DNA of 45,662 nt from Clostridia bacterium. GTDB taxonomy: Bacteria > Bacillota > Clostridia > DUPQ01. The position numbers and the translations under genes are program-made. Shown here in pieces: positions 15,515-25,710 of the stretch (positions are counted from its first letter, which is position 1; every line of letters begins with the position of its first letter). The stretch lies in the NCBI GenBank assembly GCA_041653455.1, contig JBAZFL010000003.1, forward strand, positions 1 through 45,662. Reading direction: 5' to 3'. Under the pieces are notes generated by a model. It was given only the letters and a program-made list of their open reading frames with translations, was not told the DNA's origin and made no database searches.

Positions 15515-16104
15515 CCTATCACCCCTCCGATTGTTGTAAATGCGCCGGATGTCGACCAGGTGCTTCCCCCATCGGACGAATATTTGAAACCGCTTGTTCC
15601 ACTCGTTGTTCTCCCCCAATTAAGGGCAGATGCATCAGCTTTTTTGCATACAACCCAATATGATGCTGTGGTCGGGATGGTTTGGGTTGACGCAAAAAGA
15701 AAATCCTCTGTAGCGGGTGGATATGTGTCCTGTAAATTACTTTTCGTACACGTATAACCAGCTCCAACTATTGCATTTGGAGAACCAGCATTATCAGTCC
15801 AAAGTTCGCAGATACCACCAAAAGACCCTCCAGAATCGCTTATTGCTGCTGTTACTCCGGTAATCTGCGTTCCTGCCGATAGTGAACCAACTGGATAAGC
15901 ATACCAATTATCTTGTACTGAGGCGGTAGTTGATGGACTATTTGGAGTGGCAACTAATTCAGTATCATTTGAAGAAGTACATGAAACAGCCGCCGCACTC
16001 ACCCCGCTCACGCCACTTGCAACGCATCCACTCATTACCGCCCCTTGCTGACACCATCCGTTAGATGCCAGCAGAAGCAAGAAGATAATCAAATATTTTT
16101 TCAT
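15502..16104 (-). CDS. Signal-peptide-bearing Ser/Thr/Gly-rich protein (200 aa)
   Basis: MKKYLIIFLLLLASNGWC N-terminus. SD aggag. Confidence 0.6.
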   Translation of the reverse strand: MKKYLIIFLLLLASNGWCQQGAVMSGCVASGVSGVSAAAVSCTSSNDTELVATPNSPSTTASVQDNWYAYPVGSLSAGTQITGVTAAISDSGGSFGGICELWTDNAGSPNAIVGAGYTCTKSNLQDTYPPATEDFLFASTQTIPTTASYWVVCKKADASALNWGRTTSGTSGFKYSSDGGSTWSTSGAFTTIGGVIGCAP

Positions 16105-16112
16105 AGAAGCTC

Positions 16113-18290
16113 CTATGTCTGGACTGCTGTTCTGGAAACCTCATACCAATGCGTTCCATTGCTTATAAACCGAACAACGTAGAATTTACCCGCGTCAGTC
16201 CCTAATGTAAGCGTTCCGGTTGAAGAAACTAAAGTGGCATGGAAAGTGATTACTTCGTCTGCCGTGCCTGCCGTTGTGAAAATTATAGTAATCTCCTGTC
16301 CTGCATAACCGGCGCCGGAAAAAGTAATCGTCTGGTCTTCGTTGTCGTCAACGGTCAGTGTAAAACAGTTGGTCGTTGCTACCGTTAAGGCAGTATTCAC
16401 GCCATCACTTGCCAGAGCAGTACAAGCTCCTGCCATTGGGATATTGTATTCCACGCCGTTTGCGTTGGCTTTCCATGCTCCGGCATCAGGATATAATTCA
16501 TAAACCGAAGCCGTAGGCGCACGACCACCTGAGTTATTTGTTATCTTGATATAATTGTCATTCGTAACGTCTGCCACGGTAATCGGCTTGGCAAACGTCC
16601 AACCAGTCGCCGCAGAAGTCATCGTGTTCGATTCGTCATCCTGAGCATAGATAACCGCCCCTGCCGCTAGATATATGTCACTAAAGCCCAAAGAGCTTGT
16701 TCCTATGGTAGTGCCATCATGTGCCGTTGGCGTAATTGAAGTCGTGAAGGTCGGGGCAGTAAATACATTCACCCCTGTAAAGGTCTGCCCTGCATCTCTG
16801 CGAGCCATTGTTTGAGCCGCATCATCAACGGTAATTATTCTGCGTGTAGTTCCTCCAGTAGAAATGTCTATATATCCTGTGGTCACTGACTTTAGGCCGA
16901 CCGCATCATAATACTTCAAAGCTCCGTCATATCCTACTTCACCAGCAGCATCAGGAGAAGCATCGCCGAAGATTAAACCACCGGTTGCCACACCCTCCAA
17001 AAGTTGCGGATATGTCCCTGCTGTCAAAGATGGTGTTGAGATATAAACCGGCCCCGTTGTTGCCACTGGTTGATACCAAACCGTTACTCCTGCGGTTACG
17101 TTTACAGGGTCAACACCAGCAAGTTTAGTTGGCGCGACTGAATCATTAAATTGTGCTGCGGTATTGTCTGATCGGAAATTGGTATAGTACGCACAGACGC
17201 TTGAACCATTGCAACCCCATATACCGTTGGCAACAGGAGCAATCGCAGTCGGACTTGCAGCACCAGCAGTACCATTGGCAAGGATTGTGTAAGCTGCTTG
17301 AGGGGCAAGGGCGGTTAAAGCCACTTTTGCTGGATTAAGCAGCTCCCATCTTGTATTAGCTAGATTATACTCAAGTAGCATAACCGCGCCAGCACCTGGT
17401 ATATCTCCGGCAGCAAGAGCAACACCACCCTGTTTCACTATCGTATGAGCGGTTACACCATCAGGCGCAAAGGTCGGAGTGGTCGTGGCATTAGCCGCCG
17501 CAGCTTCTAAAGCAACCAGTGCTTTATCAACTAAGGTTACATCAGGATTGTAGTCCGCCACAATAGCGTCCGCTGTACCTGTGGCAATAGTGATGGGAAC
17601 AGAACCCGGCCCGCCTATGCCAGTTGTCGCCTGAAGAACAGTAAATTTACCAATATCAGCTATAACATCACCAATCGGAGTACCTTGAATAGAAGGCAGA
17701 ATCCACTGACCGTTTCCGTAGACGGTTCCAATAGGAGAGGTATAGTTATAAAACATCAGGACTGTCTCAGCATCAGCAAGAGCTTGCCAGCCCGTACCGT
17801 TTTTCTTGCCACCTCTAATTACAACAGCCGGATAAATGTCTGTAGGATCAGCCGCGCCAAGAATACCTGTCAGCCTCAAAGCTCCTGCTTGGTCAGCATC
17901 GGTTATGCCGTAAAGGTCAAGGCCGCCGATAGTTGAGGATATAGCCATAACTGCGCCATAGTCATTAGTGGGTGCAATGGAGGTTATGCCATGCTCAACA
18001 CCTGACTGGAAGAAATAGCCATTTGTGAAGTAGAAGTCAGATGGTGTAGTGCCACCGATTGTGCCGGGTGCGGTCAAATCGGTAGAAGTAATTTCGCTTA
18101 CAGCCGCCCCAGTCCCCTTATAGAGCTTGCCATCATCGGAATCTTGGCAAAGTTTTCCAATAGCGTAATAAGCGTCTGCGTTACATTCGGTAGAAACGGA
18201 AACACCACTACTGCCGCTATCCCACCCCGCGCTATATGCCGTAGTCGCACAAAACAGAATAACTAAAATTATTAACCATGTCTTTTTCAT
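16113..18290 (-). CDS. Signal-peptide-bearing large fibre-like protein (725 aa)
   Basis: The ATG at 18288-18290 has SD ggaga. MKKTWLIILVILFCATTAYS|AG is a Sec signal. The remainder is Gly/Ala/Thr-rich. Confidence 0.6.
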   Translation of the reverse strand: MKKTWLIILVILFCATTAYSAGWDSGSSGVSVSTECNADAYYAIGKLCQDSDDGKLYKGTGAAVSEITSTDLTAPGTIGGTTPSDFYFTNGYFFQSGVEHGITSIAPTNDYGAVMAISSTIGGLDLYGITDADQAGALRLTGILGAADPTDIYPAVVIRGGKKNGTGWQALADAETVLMFYNYTSPIGTVYGNGQWILPSIQGTPIGDVIADIGKFTVLQATTGIGGPGSVPITIATGTADAIVADYNPDVTLVDKALVALEAAAANATTTPTFAPDGVTAHTIVKQGGVALAAGDIPGAGAVMLLEYNLANTRWELLNPAKVALTALAPQAAYTILANGTAGAASPTAIAPVANGIWGCNGSSVCAYYTNFRSDNTAAQFNDSVAPTKLAGVDPVNVTAGVTVWYQPVATTGPVYISTPSLTAGTYPQLLEGVATGGLIFGDASPDAAGEVGYDGALKYYDAVGLKSVTTGYIDISTGGTTRRIITVDDAAQTMARRDAGQTFTGVNVFTAPTFTTSITPTAHDGTTIGTSSLGFSDIYLAAGAVIYAQDDESNTMTSAATGWTFAKPITVADVTNDNYIKITNNSGGRAPTASVYELYPDAGAWKANANGVEYNIPMAGACTALASDGVNTALTVATTNCFTLTVDDNEDQTITFSGAGYAGQEITIIFTTAGTADEVITFHATLVSSTGTLTLGTDAGKFYVVRFISNGTHWYEVSRTAVQT

Positions 18291-18301
18291 ATTTATCTCC
18301 A

Positions 18302-18679
18302 TTATTGAACATTCAATTTAAGGTTAATGACAGCATCGTACGATGTTCCCGTTTCCGTTGCCGTGATTTTCATAAACGGATATGGTGATGGCGTGAACGA
18401 TAACCCACCTAAACCGGAAGAACCAGAAGTTTTGGTTAGCCCTGTTGCTATCGAACTTGCACCAGTTGGCGTGAAATACGTTCCTGCTTTTGTTGAACAT
18501 ACCGTGTAAGCAATGGTTAAAGTGCCATCTCCGGTAATTAGATATTCAATGGAAAAATATCCGTTCTGTGCAATCTCCCTTAAATCAAAAGCCACCGATG
18601 TTGAAGTGGTGTTTTTGGTAACTGTTTGCGCTCCACCGAAAACATTGTAAGTTGTAATTGGTCTCATTCCTTTTGGCAT
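18302..18679 (-). CDS. Virion-associated hypothetical protein (125 aa)
   Basis: Strong SD aggagga. Lies within the fibre gene cluster. Confidence 0.6.
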   Translation of the reverse strand: MPKGMRPITTYNVFGGAQTVTKNTTSTSVAFDLREIAQNGYFSIEYLITGDGTLTIAYTVCSTKAGTYFTPTGASSIATGLTKTSGSSGLGGLSFTPSPYPFMKITATETGTSYDAVINLKLNVQ

Positions 18680-18704
18680 TTTTCTTTCCTCCTAATTAAA
18701 TTGG

Positions 18705-19628
18705 TTACGCTACATCAAAAAATAAATGTGCTCCTATTGCTTTGGTTCCAGAATCAGTCCACGTTCCAGATGAACCAGTCATATCTTTGGAAGCGGCAAC
18801 TGTATTAGAATTAGCCGCTAGAAAAACAGCGCAGTGAGCGTATGTCCCGCCGTTATCACTAGCTCTACCAACTGCCATTGTCTCTAGTGTGTTAGACGAA
18901 GTATAGGGAAGCGTAAAAGTGGAATTGGTTGCATTGCTTGTTCCCACAAGATGAAATGATACAAAAACTGTTTTCCCTATTTTTTTATAGTATATGCTTT
19001 TCGTGGTGAAACTTGCCCATCCCGTTACTGTTGATGTTGCAGAGTAATCAGTCCAAACGGTTTCACCGTCTGCCCATTCGGGAGCGGTAGCCCCGGAGTT
19101 CATTCTTTTATATTGATAGGCAGTCCCTTTGGCTAGCCTTGTCATAACACCGGAAGCCCTATACCAAGTATCTCCATCAGCGTCAGACCCAATGGCAAGG
19201 TTGTTACCCGTCTTGTTCATTTTATTGCTAGAGGTAACATCTTCATCAACTGTCAATGTCTTACTGGTAGAACCACCGGCTATTGTGAATCCAACAGTTT
19301 CTGATGTTTGAGTCAATAAAAGACCAAGAATCGTTTTAACTTGTGCCAATGTTTTCTTAGCCCAAGCAAAAGGTGATGCACCCGCTACGATAAAATCGGA
19401 CTCAGCAGTTGCGGCAACCGTGTCCATCTTGGTTGCCAACGCATCATAAACAGAGTTTCCATCCGGCGCATGAGTGGTGTCTCCGTCTGCAATGGAATGG
19501 ACTAAATTAACAGGGTCGCCCGGAGTTCCCTTTATCCCAATCATTCCTATGCTTATGACAGGGGTAATCAGTTCTACATTGAGATATAAGCTGTCTGAAT
19601 CTCCAATCGTAATTTGAATATCTTTCAT
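18705..19628 (-). CDS. Tail fibre-like protein
   Basis: The THAPDGNSVYDALATK motif recurs in phage tail fibre proteins. ATGA coupling upstream. Confidence 0.55.
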   Translation of the reverse strand: MKDIQITIGDSDSLYLNVELITPVISIGMIGIKGTPGDPVNLVHSIADGDTTHAPDGNSVYDALATKMDTVAATAESDFIVAGASPFAWAKKTLAQVKTILGLLLTQTSETVGFTIAGGSTSKTLTVDEDVTSSNKMNKTGNNLAIGSDADGDTWYRASGVMTRLAKGTAYQYKRMNSGATAPEWADGETVWTDYSATSTVTGWASFTTKSIYYKKIGKTVFVSFHLVGTSNATNSTFTLPYTSSNTLETMAVGRASDNGGTYAHCAVFLAANSNTVAASKDMTGSSGTWTDSGTKAIGAHLFFDVA

Positions 19629-19966
19629 GTCTTAGTGACCTCTGGACTAATAGTGACAGTGCCTTCAAGCAATCTTGTTACGGTTGTTCCTTCGGTAAGC
19701 TCCAAATCCCACACGCCACTTGTAATGGCAATATCTGCCGTATCTGTAGCTGACATAGTAACCGTGATAACTCCGGTTGTGGAATTTATGGTGCAATCAA
19801 ATTCGTAAGCGGTTGTTGCATCCGCCGTTTCCCTTAACTTGGCAGCGGCGGTTGCTGTGGACATATCATACACACCGCTATCATCAGTCACCGTTACTTC
19901 CAGCGTGTATGTAGAGCCTTGTTCCATTCTGTAATTTCCGGTTAAATTAAAAGTTCCTGCTGGCAT
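19625..19966 (-). CDS. Ig-like/beta-sandwich virion protein (113 aa)
   Basis: Alternating beta-strand pattern (TYTLEVTVTD...GVITVTMSATDTADI...WDLELT...LLEGTVTISPEVT). Confidence 0.45.
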   Translation of the reverse strand: MPAGTFNLTGNYRMEQGSTYTLEVTVTDDSGVYDMSTATAAAKLRETADATTAYEFDCTINSTTGVITVTMSATDTADIAITSGVWDLELTEGTTVTRLLEGTVTISPEVTKT

Positions 19967-21861
19967 TATTGACTCCTTCGTCTTGCGTTTCTTAAACCTT
20001 TTAAATATTGTTCTTCGTTCAAATCACCGTAAAGTCGTTCAAGTTTTGCATTACCCACTCTAGGGATTATTTCTTGTGTTGAGAAATCTTGCCACGGAAT
20101 CTGTGAAGGCTCTGGCGGTCTATTCCCTGTTAATCTGGGAATGGAAGTAAACTCCGCGTCAATAACATCTGAGGGTTGCGGTTTCGTTCTAAGTGGTCTC
20201 AATACCTCGCCCGTTGGTTCACCTTTAAGCGTAAACCCTCTTTCGGGCATTGGTAATCCAAGCGGAGTCGGGATAGCACCTGAAGCGTCACTGAAGGGAT
20301 ATTCGGGGGGCGCTTGCGTGAATTTACCCTTTATATATTGCCCTGTCTTGCTTGCGGGCTGAAATTCTGTTCCCTTAGTCATTATGCTGTCAACATCGGA
20401 GAACATCTTTTTAACGTAGGTGTCAGGGTTTTTCAGGTTGCGCCTTAAAATATTCAATGCTTCCATAAAGCCACCACCTGCGATAGTAGCAGGATTCAAA
20501 GTAAGCAATCCATGAACTAATGCCGTACCTGATGTAATGTCAAAAAAGTTAGGGGTGCCCTTTTCAGCGAAAGCGGCGAAAGTAGCTTTGTTCGTTCCTT
20601 CGCGTAAAGACTTAACAGAGCCGTATCTTCTCTTAATATCCTGATAACCAGCGCCCTCAGTGCTTTCGATTAACTTATCCAACTCCTTCCGCATGATGCT
20701 GGCAATACCAGCATCGGCTGATGCTTTGGAAACATCCAGCGGCATAAGGTTTTTGTTGAGCAACTTGTTATTGGCTTGTGCGATAAAGTCCTGTGCCGCT
20801 TCCGGTGACATTGTTTTGATTTCTCTTAATATGGTTTGCGCTTCCTCTGCGTGTTTAATTACTGCCCTGCCTTCTTTTGTTGCCCTTAATGTTTCGTTGT
20901 TAATAACGTCATCGTACTGTTTTGCTATTGGTTCAAGGTCTAGTCTTGCACCCTTTCCTGTTGCCGCTTTCTGCATTGTATCGTATTCTGTAAACAGTTT
21001 CTTTTCGGTTGAGTGAATAGCCTGTGACATTTGCAATCTTGTTTCGGGTAAAGCTCCGTTTACTATTTCCCCAACATCATTAGTCAAATTCAACCCCTGC
21101 TTGTTGTTGATTATTTCTTTTATTCCGGTTCCGGCATCGGTAAAATACTTCTCTATTAAAGGTAGCGTTTGTTTCCCCTTAGAAGTAGCCTTGATTGACT
21201 TGTTAAGGTTGTCCTTGACTATTTGATTTATTTCCCGATCAACAACGCTTTTCGTTACTGGTTGAATCTTGCGGTTTACCATTTCCATTGCATCGGCAAC
21301 AACCGCGCCTGTTTCTTCTGCCGCCTTACCACCAAACTTTTTAAAAGCGGATAAAGTCTTGGCTGCTGGCATAATCATTGAGGCGTTGGCTATATTACCT
21401 AAATCATTTTTAACATCTTCGGGTAATTCACCATAAGCAGTCTTTGCCGCATCAACAACAGGGTTTGTAGCAATCATCTTGCCAATACCGCTTATATTTT
21501 CTTGTGCTGATTTAGGCATGGCCTTATAAGCACTTCTTAAACCAGTGCTGACAACATCACCGACAAAACCACCCACTTGACCGGCAACATTCAGTCCGGC
21601 ACCAAGAGCGGGATTAAATTCTCTAACGGCAGAAGGTTGAGGGTTGGATATGTTCTCAATCCGTCTTTTACCGGCAGTTACTAAATCCGATACAAAACCT
21701 TCCTCAACTGGTTTAGTAACCGTTGTCGTTTCTTCTGTTGGTTTCTTTGGCTTTACGCCGGATTGTAAATATTCTAAGGTAGATGTGCTAACCTTATCGT
21801 ATTGCTTGTTTTGCAAAGCCTCTAAATCTTCAGTTGATATTTCGCTATAATCTATCGCCAT
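19966..21861 (-). CDS. Large virion/internal (ejection-like) protein
   Basis: Call rests on position and size. Mostly helical, with a Gly-rich N-terminal segment. No motif recognised. Confidence 0.45.
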   Translation of the reverse strand: MAIDYSEISTEDLEALQNKQYDKVSTSTLEYLQSGVKPKKPTEETTTVTKPVEEGFVSDLVTAGKRRIENISNPQPSAVREFNPALGAGLNVAGQVGGFVGDVVSTGLRSAYKAMPKSAQENISGIGKMIATNPVVDAAKTAYGELPEDVKNDLGNIANASMIMPAAKTLSAFKKFGGKAAEETGAVVADAMEMVNRKIQPVTKSVVDREINQIVKDNLNKSIKATSKGKQTLPLIEKYFTDAGTGIKEIINNKQGLNLTNDVGEIVNGALPETRLQMSQAIHSTEKKLFTEYDTMQKAATGKGARLDLEPIAKQYDDVINNETLRATKEGRAVIKHAEEAQTILREIKTMSPEAAQDFIAQANNKLLNKNLMPLDVSKASADAGIASIMRKELDKLIESTEGAGYQDIKRRYGSVKSLREGTNKATFAAFAEKGTPNFFDITSGTALVHGLLTLNPATIAGGGFMEALNILRRNLKNPDTYVKKMFSDVDSIMTKGTEFQPASKTGQYIKGKFTQAPPEYPFSDASGAIPTPLGLPMPERGFTLKGEPTGEVLRPLRTKPQPSDVIDAEFTSIPRLTGNRPPEPSQIPWQDFSTQEIIPRVGNAKLERLYGDLNEEQYLKGLRNARRRSQ

Positions 21862-21864
21862 TGA

Positions 21865-23163
21865 TTACTTACCTTTGCGGCGTTTCAGTTCTGCCGCGAT
21901 TGCGTCCATATCAATTCCACCGGGATTAGTATTGACAGGGGATTCCCCAATAGCTCCCATTTCTTTTATTAAATAGTTTGTGGAATCAAGCCATGTGCTT
22001 AATCTCATATTTGCCATTTTCTTAGTCCCTTCCAAGACGGGCAATATTTCTTTCAGAGGCAAGTTAATATCGTGTATTCTTAACCACTCTTTTCTGTTAC
22101 CTTCGGGAAGTTGCGCTATTGAAGCAGAAGAACCTTGTGCTAACTTATTCGCTTCCATTGAAATTTCTTGCAGGAATAATTCATATTGGCGTTCCAAGCC
22201 ACTACCGGCAACCCTTGTTCGTAATTCTCTTAACGGCAAGTTAAGCAATCTAAAGTCGGTTCTTTTCAAACCGTCAAACAGTTCTTTGGCGTAATCAACT
22301 TGCGTGTTGATGTTGTTAACAAAGGCTCGCATAGGTGCTTCCTGCTTTTTCATATTACCAAGCGAACTAGAACCAGACTTGTAGGTTGCTTGCATCACAA
22401 CGACATCATTTGCCGTTAATCCTTTTTCTTTGATGTATTTATAATATTCATCGTTAAATATTCTTCGTTCCTGCCAATCACGATTTGAGACGTTTAAAGG
22501 GTCTTTGCCTGTAATCATTTTTGTTTTAATCGCTATTTCTTTTGCTTCTGGTTCCCAATTTTTAAAAGAGTCTTTTTCTTTTTCTTTCTGTGTTCGGTTA
22601 TACTTTTTCTGTTCTTGTATTTCCGCCTCTCTTTTCGTTATCTCTTTTTCAGCCATTCCCATGAACATTTGAAACTGCCCTAACATCTGCTGTTTCTCTT
22701 GTGCTTTTTTAACGTATTCCTGCTCTCCTACTTTCTGCGCTTGTTCAAGAAGTTTGGGAGTAACCTCACCCATCCTTCCTTTATTCTTCTCTATGAAAGC
22801 CTTTGCAGCACTGTTCCCTTCATAAGTTGGGTCTATTTCATTCGGGTCTGTTCCTTTAAACATATCAGCAATGACATTTTTCTTTATTTCTGCCAGTTTT
22901 GCAGATACGCTTAATTCAAGGTCAGTTGGCTTTTTAGGGATTGGGTTATAGTCCTGCATTGTCTGTTGTGGAACATAGACTGTTTCGGCAGTAGGTTTGT
23001 CTTGCGGAACATTGGTAAATAAAGGAACACCGCCAGCATCAGAAATTTCCTGACCTCTTTTCCCTGCATCCACAATAGCTGTTGCCGCCAATGCCCTTTT
23101 TTTCTTTTCTTCTTCGGGGTCATCAGGTATATAACTTGGGTACATTGCATTAGGTACATCCAT
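21865..23163 (-). CDS. Charged coiled-coil virion/internal protein
   Basis: Call rests on position. Lys/Glu-rich helical sequence. Strong SD aaggaga. Confidence 0.45.
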   Translation of the reverse strand: MDVPNAMYPSYIPDDPEEEKKKRALAATAIVDAGKRGQEISDAGGVPLFTNVPQDKPTAETVYVPQQTMQDYNPIPKKPTDLELSVSAKLAEIKKNVIADMFKGTDPNEIDPTYEGNSAAKAFIEKNKGRMGEVTPKLLEQAQKVGEQEYVKKAQEKQQMLGQFQMFMGMAEKEITKREAEIQEQKKYNRTQKEKEKDSFKNWEPEAKEIAIKTKMITGKDPLNVSNRDWQERRIFNDEYYKYIKEKGLTANDVVVMQATYKSGSSSLGNMKKQEAPMRAFVNNINTQVDYAKELFDGLKRTDFRLLNLPLRELRTRVAGSGLERQYELFLQEISMEANKLAQGSSASIAQLPEGNRKEWLRIHDINLPLKEILPVLEGTKKMANMRLSTWLDSTNYLIKEMGAIGESPVNTNPGGIDMDAIAAELKRRKGK

Positions 23164-23174
23164 TGACTTTCTCC

Positions 23175-24065
23175 TTAATAACTTGTTCCGCTACCTGTAT
23201 TGAGTTGAGTTAATCCACCGGTATAAGGTTTACCCGAATAATATTTGCTGACCGGATTATCAATAGAGCTACTTACCGCACCGTATTTAGTGGCGCCTGT
23301 CCCGTACATCTTAGCCATGTAGTCGGAAAGCTGAGCTTGGTATTCAGCCATCTTTGTGGTCAAGTTTGCTTGATAATTGGTCTTGTCGGCTTCCAACTGT
23401 GCGGTGTAATTCTTCTCCGCCTCGGAAGTCTTACCGGCATATTCCTGTTGAGATTTAATTAACTCAGTATTGTAATTGAGCTTGCCACCCTCAACACCAG
23501 CATTAAAGGTTGTCTTGGAGGCATCGGCTTCAATCCCGTATTCTGTATTGTATTGGTTTCTGGCTTCCCCGCTAGCACCGGCAATGACATTTTCCACACC
23601 CAAACCGTAACCGGCTAGGGCATCCCGCAAGGTCATTCTCTTAACATTCGGGTTTTCGTAATAACCGCCTGTGGTCTGCTGTAATGCCATTCGTGCCGCC
23701 CTTAATCCGGGTGCGGCCTTCTTTTGGGCAAGAGATTCCACCTTGCCTTCATCATAAGTAGGTGCGTTATAAGTAGGAGCAACGTATTTTTCGGGGGCAA
23801 CGTATGTTGGCGCTGTATATGTCACGCTAGGCGTATATTCCGGTATGGTAGGAACGGAAGGCATTGTTATATTAGAATAAGGGCTACCGTTATTAAAAGT
23901 GTCGGTTGATTTCTTCCATTCCTCATAACCCATGCTCTGAGCTTCAACGCCGTAATCACCCCTTGCAACTTTCTCGGCTTCCTGTTGACTGGCTAAATCC
24001 TTATAACCAGCCGCCCTCGCTCTTTGATTATAGGCTTCTAATTCCCCCGGTGCGTATGATGCCAT
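23175..24065 (-). CDS. Virion/internal protein with AP-x-Y peptide repeats
   Basis: TYTAPTYVAPEKYVAPTYNAPTYDEG repeats. Strong SD aggagagg. Confidence 0.45.
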   Translation of the reverse strand: MASYAPGELEAYNQRARAAGYKDLASQQEAEKVARGDYGVEAQSMGYEEWKKSTDTFNNGSPYSNITMPSVPTIPEYTPSVTYTAPTYVAPEKYVAPTYNAPTYDEGKVESLAQKKAAPGLRAARMALQQTTGGYYENPNVKRMTLRDALAGYGLGVENVIAGASGEARNQYNTEYGIEADASKTTFNAGVEGGKLNYNTELIKSQQEYAGKTSEAEKNYTAQLEADKTNYQANLTTKMAEYQAQLSDYMAKMYGTGATKYGAVSSSIDNPVSKYYSGKPYTGGLTQLNTGSGTSY

Positions 24066-24075
24066 AATTCCTCTC

Positions 24076-25710
24076 CTATCCTTTGTACCAGACCATAAGT
24101 TCTGTTTCCGTTAGTGTCTTGCCACCGGACATTAAAGAGATAATCACATATCGTTGATTAGCCGTTAATTCCGGGGTGTAATAAATAACCGTTAACCCTG
24201 AATATCTGCTGAATGAACCCCAATCGCCAATTCCATCTTTTACCCTTCCAGACCACAAATACTTGTCACCGCTGTATCTTGGCGAAACAATCGAAAGATT
24301 AGCCTTTTCGCCGCTTGGAATATTCACCCCAACATCAGAGTATATTGATTCAATAGCCCCGCCAAATCTCATACTAGCGGTGGGTACTGTTTTTCCCATT
24401 AGTCTGTAGTTTTCTCTTGCGTATGCGTTAAAATTATCCTTGCTTGCTAACTGTGAAGAAAAGTCGAAATACATATCGTTTCTATCAGGGGTCTCGCCCA
24501 AGACCTTGCTCAACGCCGTTTCCTTGATGCTTACCGAAACCTCTGTGGGCGTATCATCAAACAGATAAACCATTGAGTTATAGTCTGTTGATAGATAGGG
24601 TCGTTTAAAATCACCGGCAGGAAAGTTATAGCCAATGGATTTTACATAATGTTCGGTAAGGTCGCTGGAAAACTCCAAATACGTTTTTGCCTTGCTCATT
24701 TGCTGCAATCTTCCGTAATCCGGTGAATAGTTTGCCGCCGCCGTTGCCTTTAGATAGCTGTTGTTTGTTGGAATAACCGTTACCGTGGCATAATCATAGG
24801 TAGTTCCCGAAGTATTGGTTGCCGCCAATGTGTATGAAGTTGTTTCTACCGGGTTGACTATTTTCGTACCACTTGAACCAACATTTCCTATTCCCTGACT
24901 TAATGTCACTGAGTCTGCGCCTACCGTTTCCCATGCCAGTTGTGACGATGTTCCAAATTCCATATTCTCCGGGTCGGCGGTAAATGAAGTGATTGAAGGT
25001 AACTGTATTGTTACCGTAACATCAGATGTGTCGCTTCCAGAGGCATTAGTGACGGTAAGTGTATAGGTAGTAGTAACTGTCGGATAAAGGTCTATCGTTC
25101 CATCAACTGTCGTTGCGCCAACTGTGGGACTGATTGAGGCGCTTGTTCCATCGGTGCTTGTCCATGTCAAAGTAACAGCGTTCCCATTTATTAAAGATTC
25201 GGGGTCGGCAGTAAACGTATCAATGGTCGGTAATGCTAACGATGTAACAACAACATAAAAATGAGAGCAATAAGCAGTGCCAGATAACTCGCCCAAACTA
25301 AGAAACACAATCCCGCTTAAATTGTCTATGTCTGTCCAAGTCCACGCCGCGCTAGTTGTTGGATTCAGGCTAATATCCCTACTGTATTCTACCCATGATT
25401 CCGTAACACCGCTAACGCTGTAAAGATACTCGCTCCCGCTGACAACAACACCAATTCCAGCAGTTATGCCGTTTGCGGGATTTACCATTGCTTTTTTTAA
25501 TCTGGCATAAATAGTTATCTTGCTTATAGATTCCGTTTCCGTTGTGTGGTTAGTTAATAAATAGTAATCTTTTCCATTCCCTGTGGTGTAAACATAATCT
25601 CCATCATCAGCTACGGCTTCATCAACAAGAGCATAGTGGTCAGAACCTGCGCTGCAAGTAAGCGTGAGGACTGCACCATCACCAGTTGGCCTAAGCGTTA
25701 AGGTACTCAT
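24076..25710 (-). CDS. Virion protein with two tandem Ig-like repeats
   Basis: Residues about 160-236 and 237-312 are visibly homologous (LPTIDTFTADPESL...TTTYTLTVTNASG versus LPSITSFTADPENM...TTSYTLAATNTSG). Confidence 0.55.
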   Translation of the reverse strand: MSTLTLRPTGDGAVLTLTCSAGSDHYALVDEAVADDGDYVYTTGNGKDYYLLTNHTTETESISKITIYARLKKAMVNPANGITAGIGVVVSGSEYLYSVSGVTESWVEYSRDISLNPTTSAAWTWTDIDNLSGIVFLSLGELSGTAYCSHFYVVVTSLALPTIDTFTADPESLINGNAVTLTWTSTDGTSASISPTVGATTVDGTIDLYPTVTTTYTLTVTNASGSDTSDVTVTIQLPSITSFTADPENMEFGTSSQLAWETVGADSVTLSQGIGNVGSSGTKIVNPVETTSYTLAATNTSGTTYDYATVTVIPTNNSYLKATAAANYSPDYGRLQQMSKAKTYLEFSSDLTEHYVKSIGYNFPAGDFKRPYLSTDYNSMVYLFDDTPTEVSVSIKETALSKVLGETPDRNDMYFDFSSQLASKDNFNAYARENYRLMGKTVPTASMRFGGAIESIYSDVGVNIPSGEKANLSIVSPRYSGDKYLWSGRVKDGIGDWGSFSRYSGLTVIYYTPELTANQRYVIISLMSGGKTLTETELMVWYKG

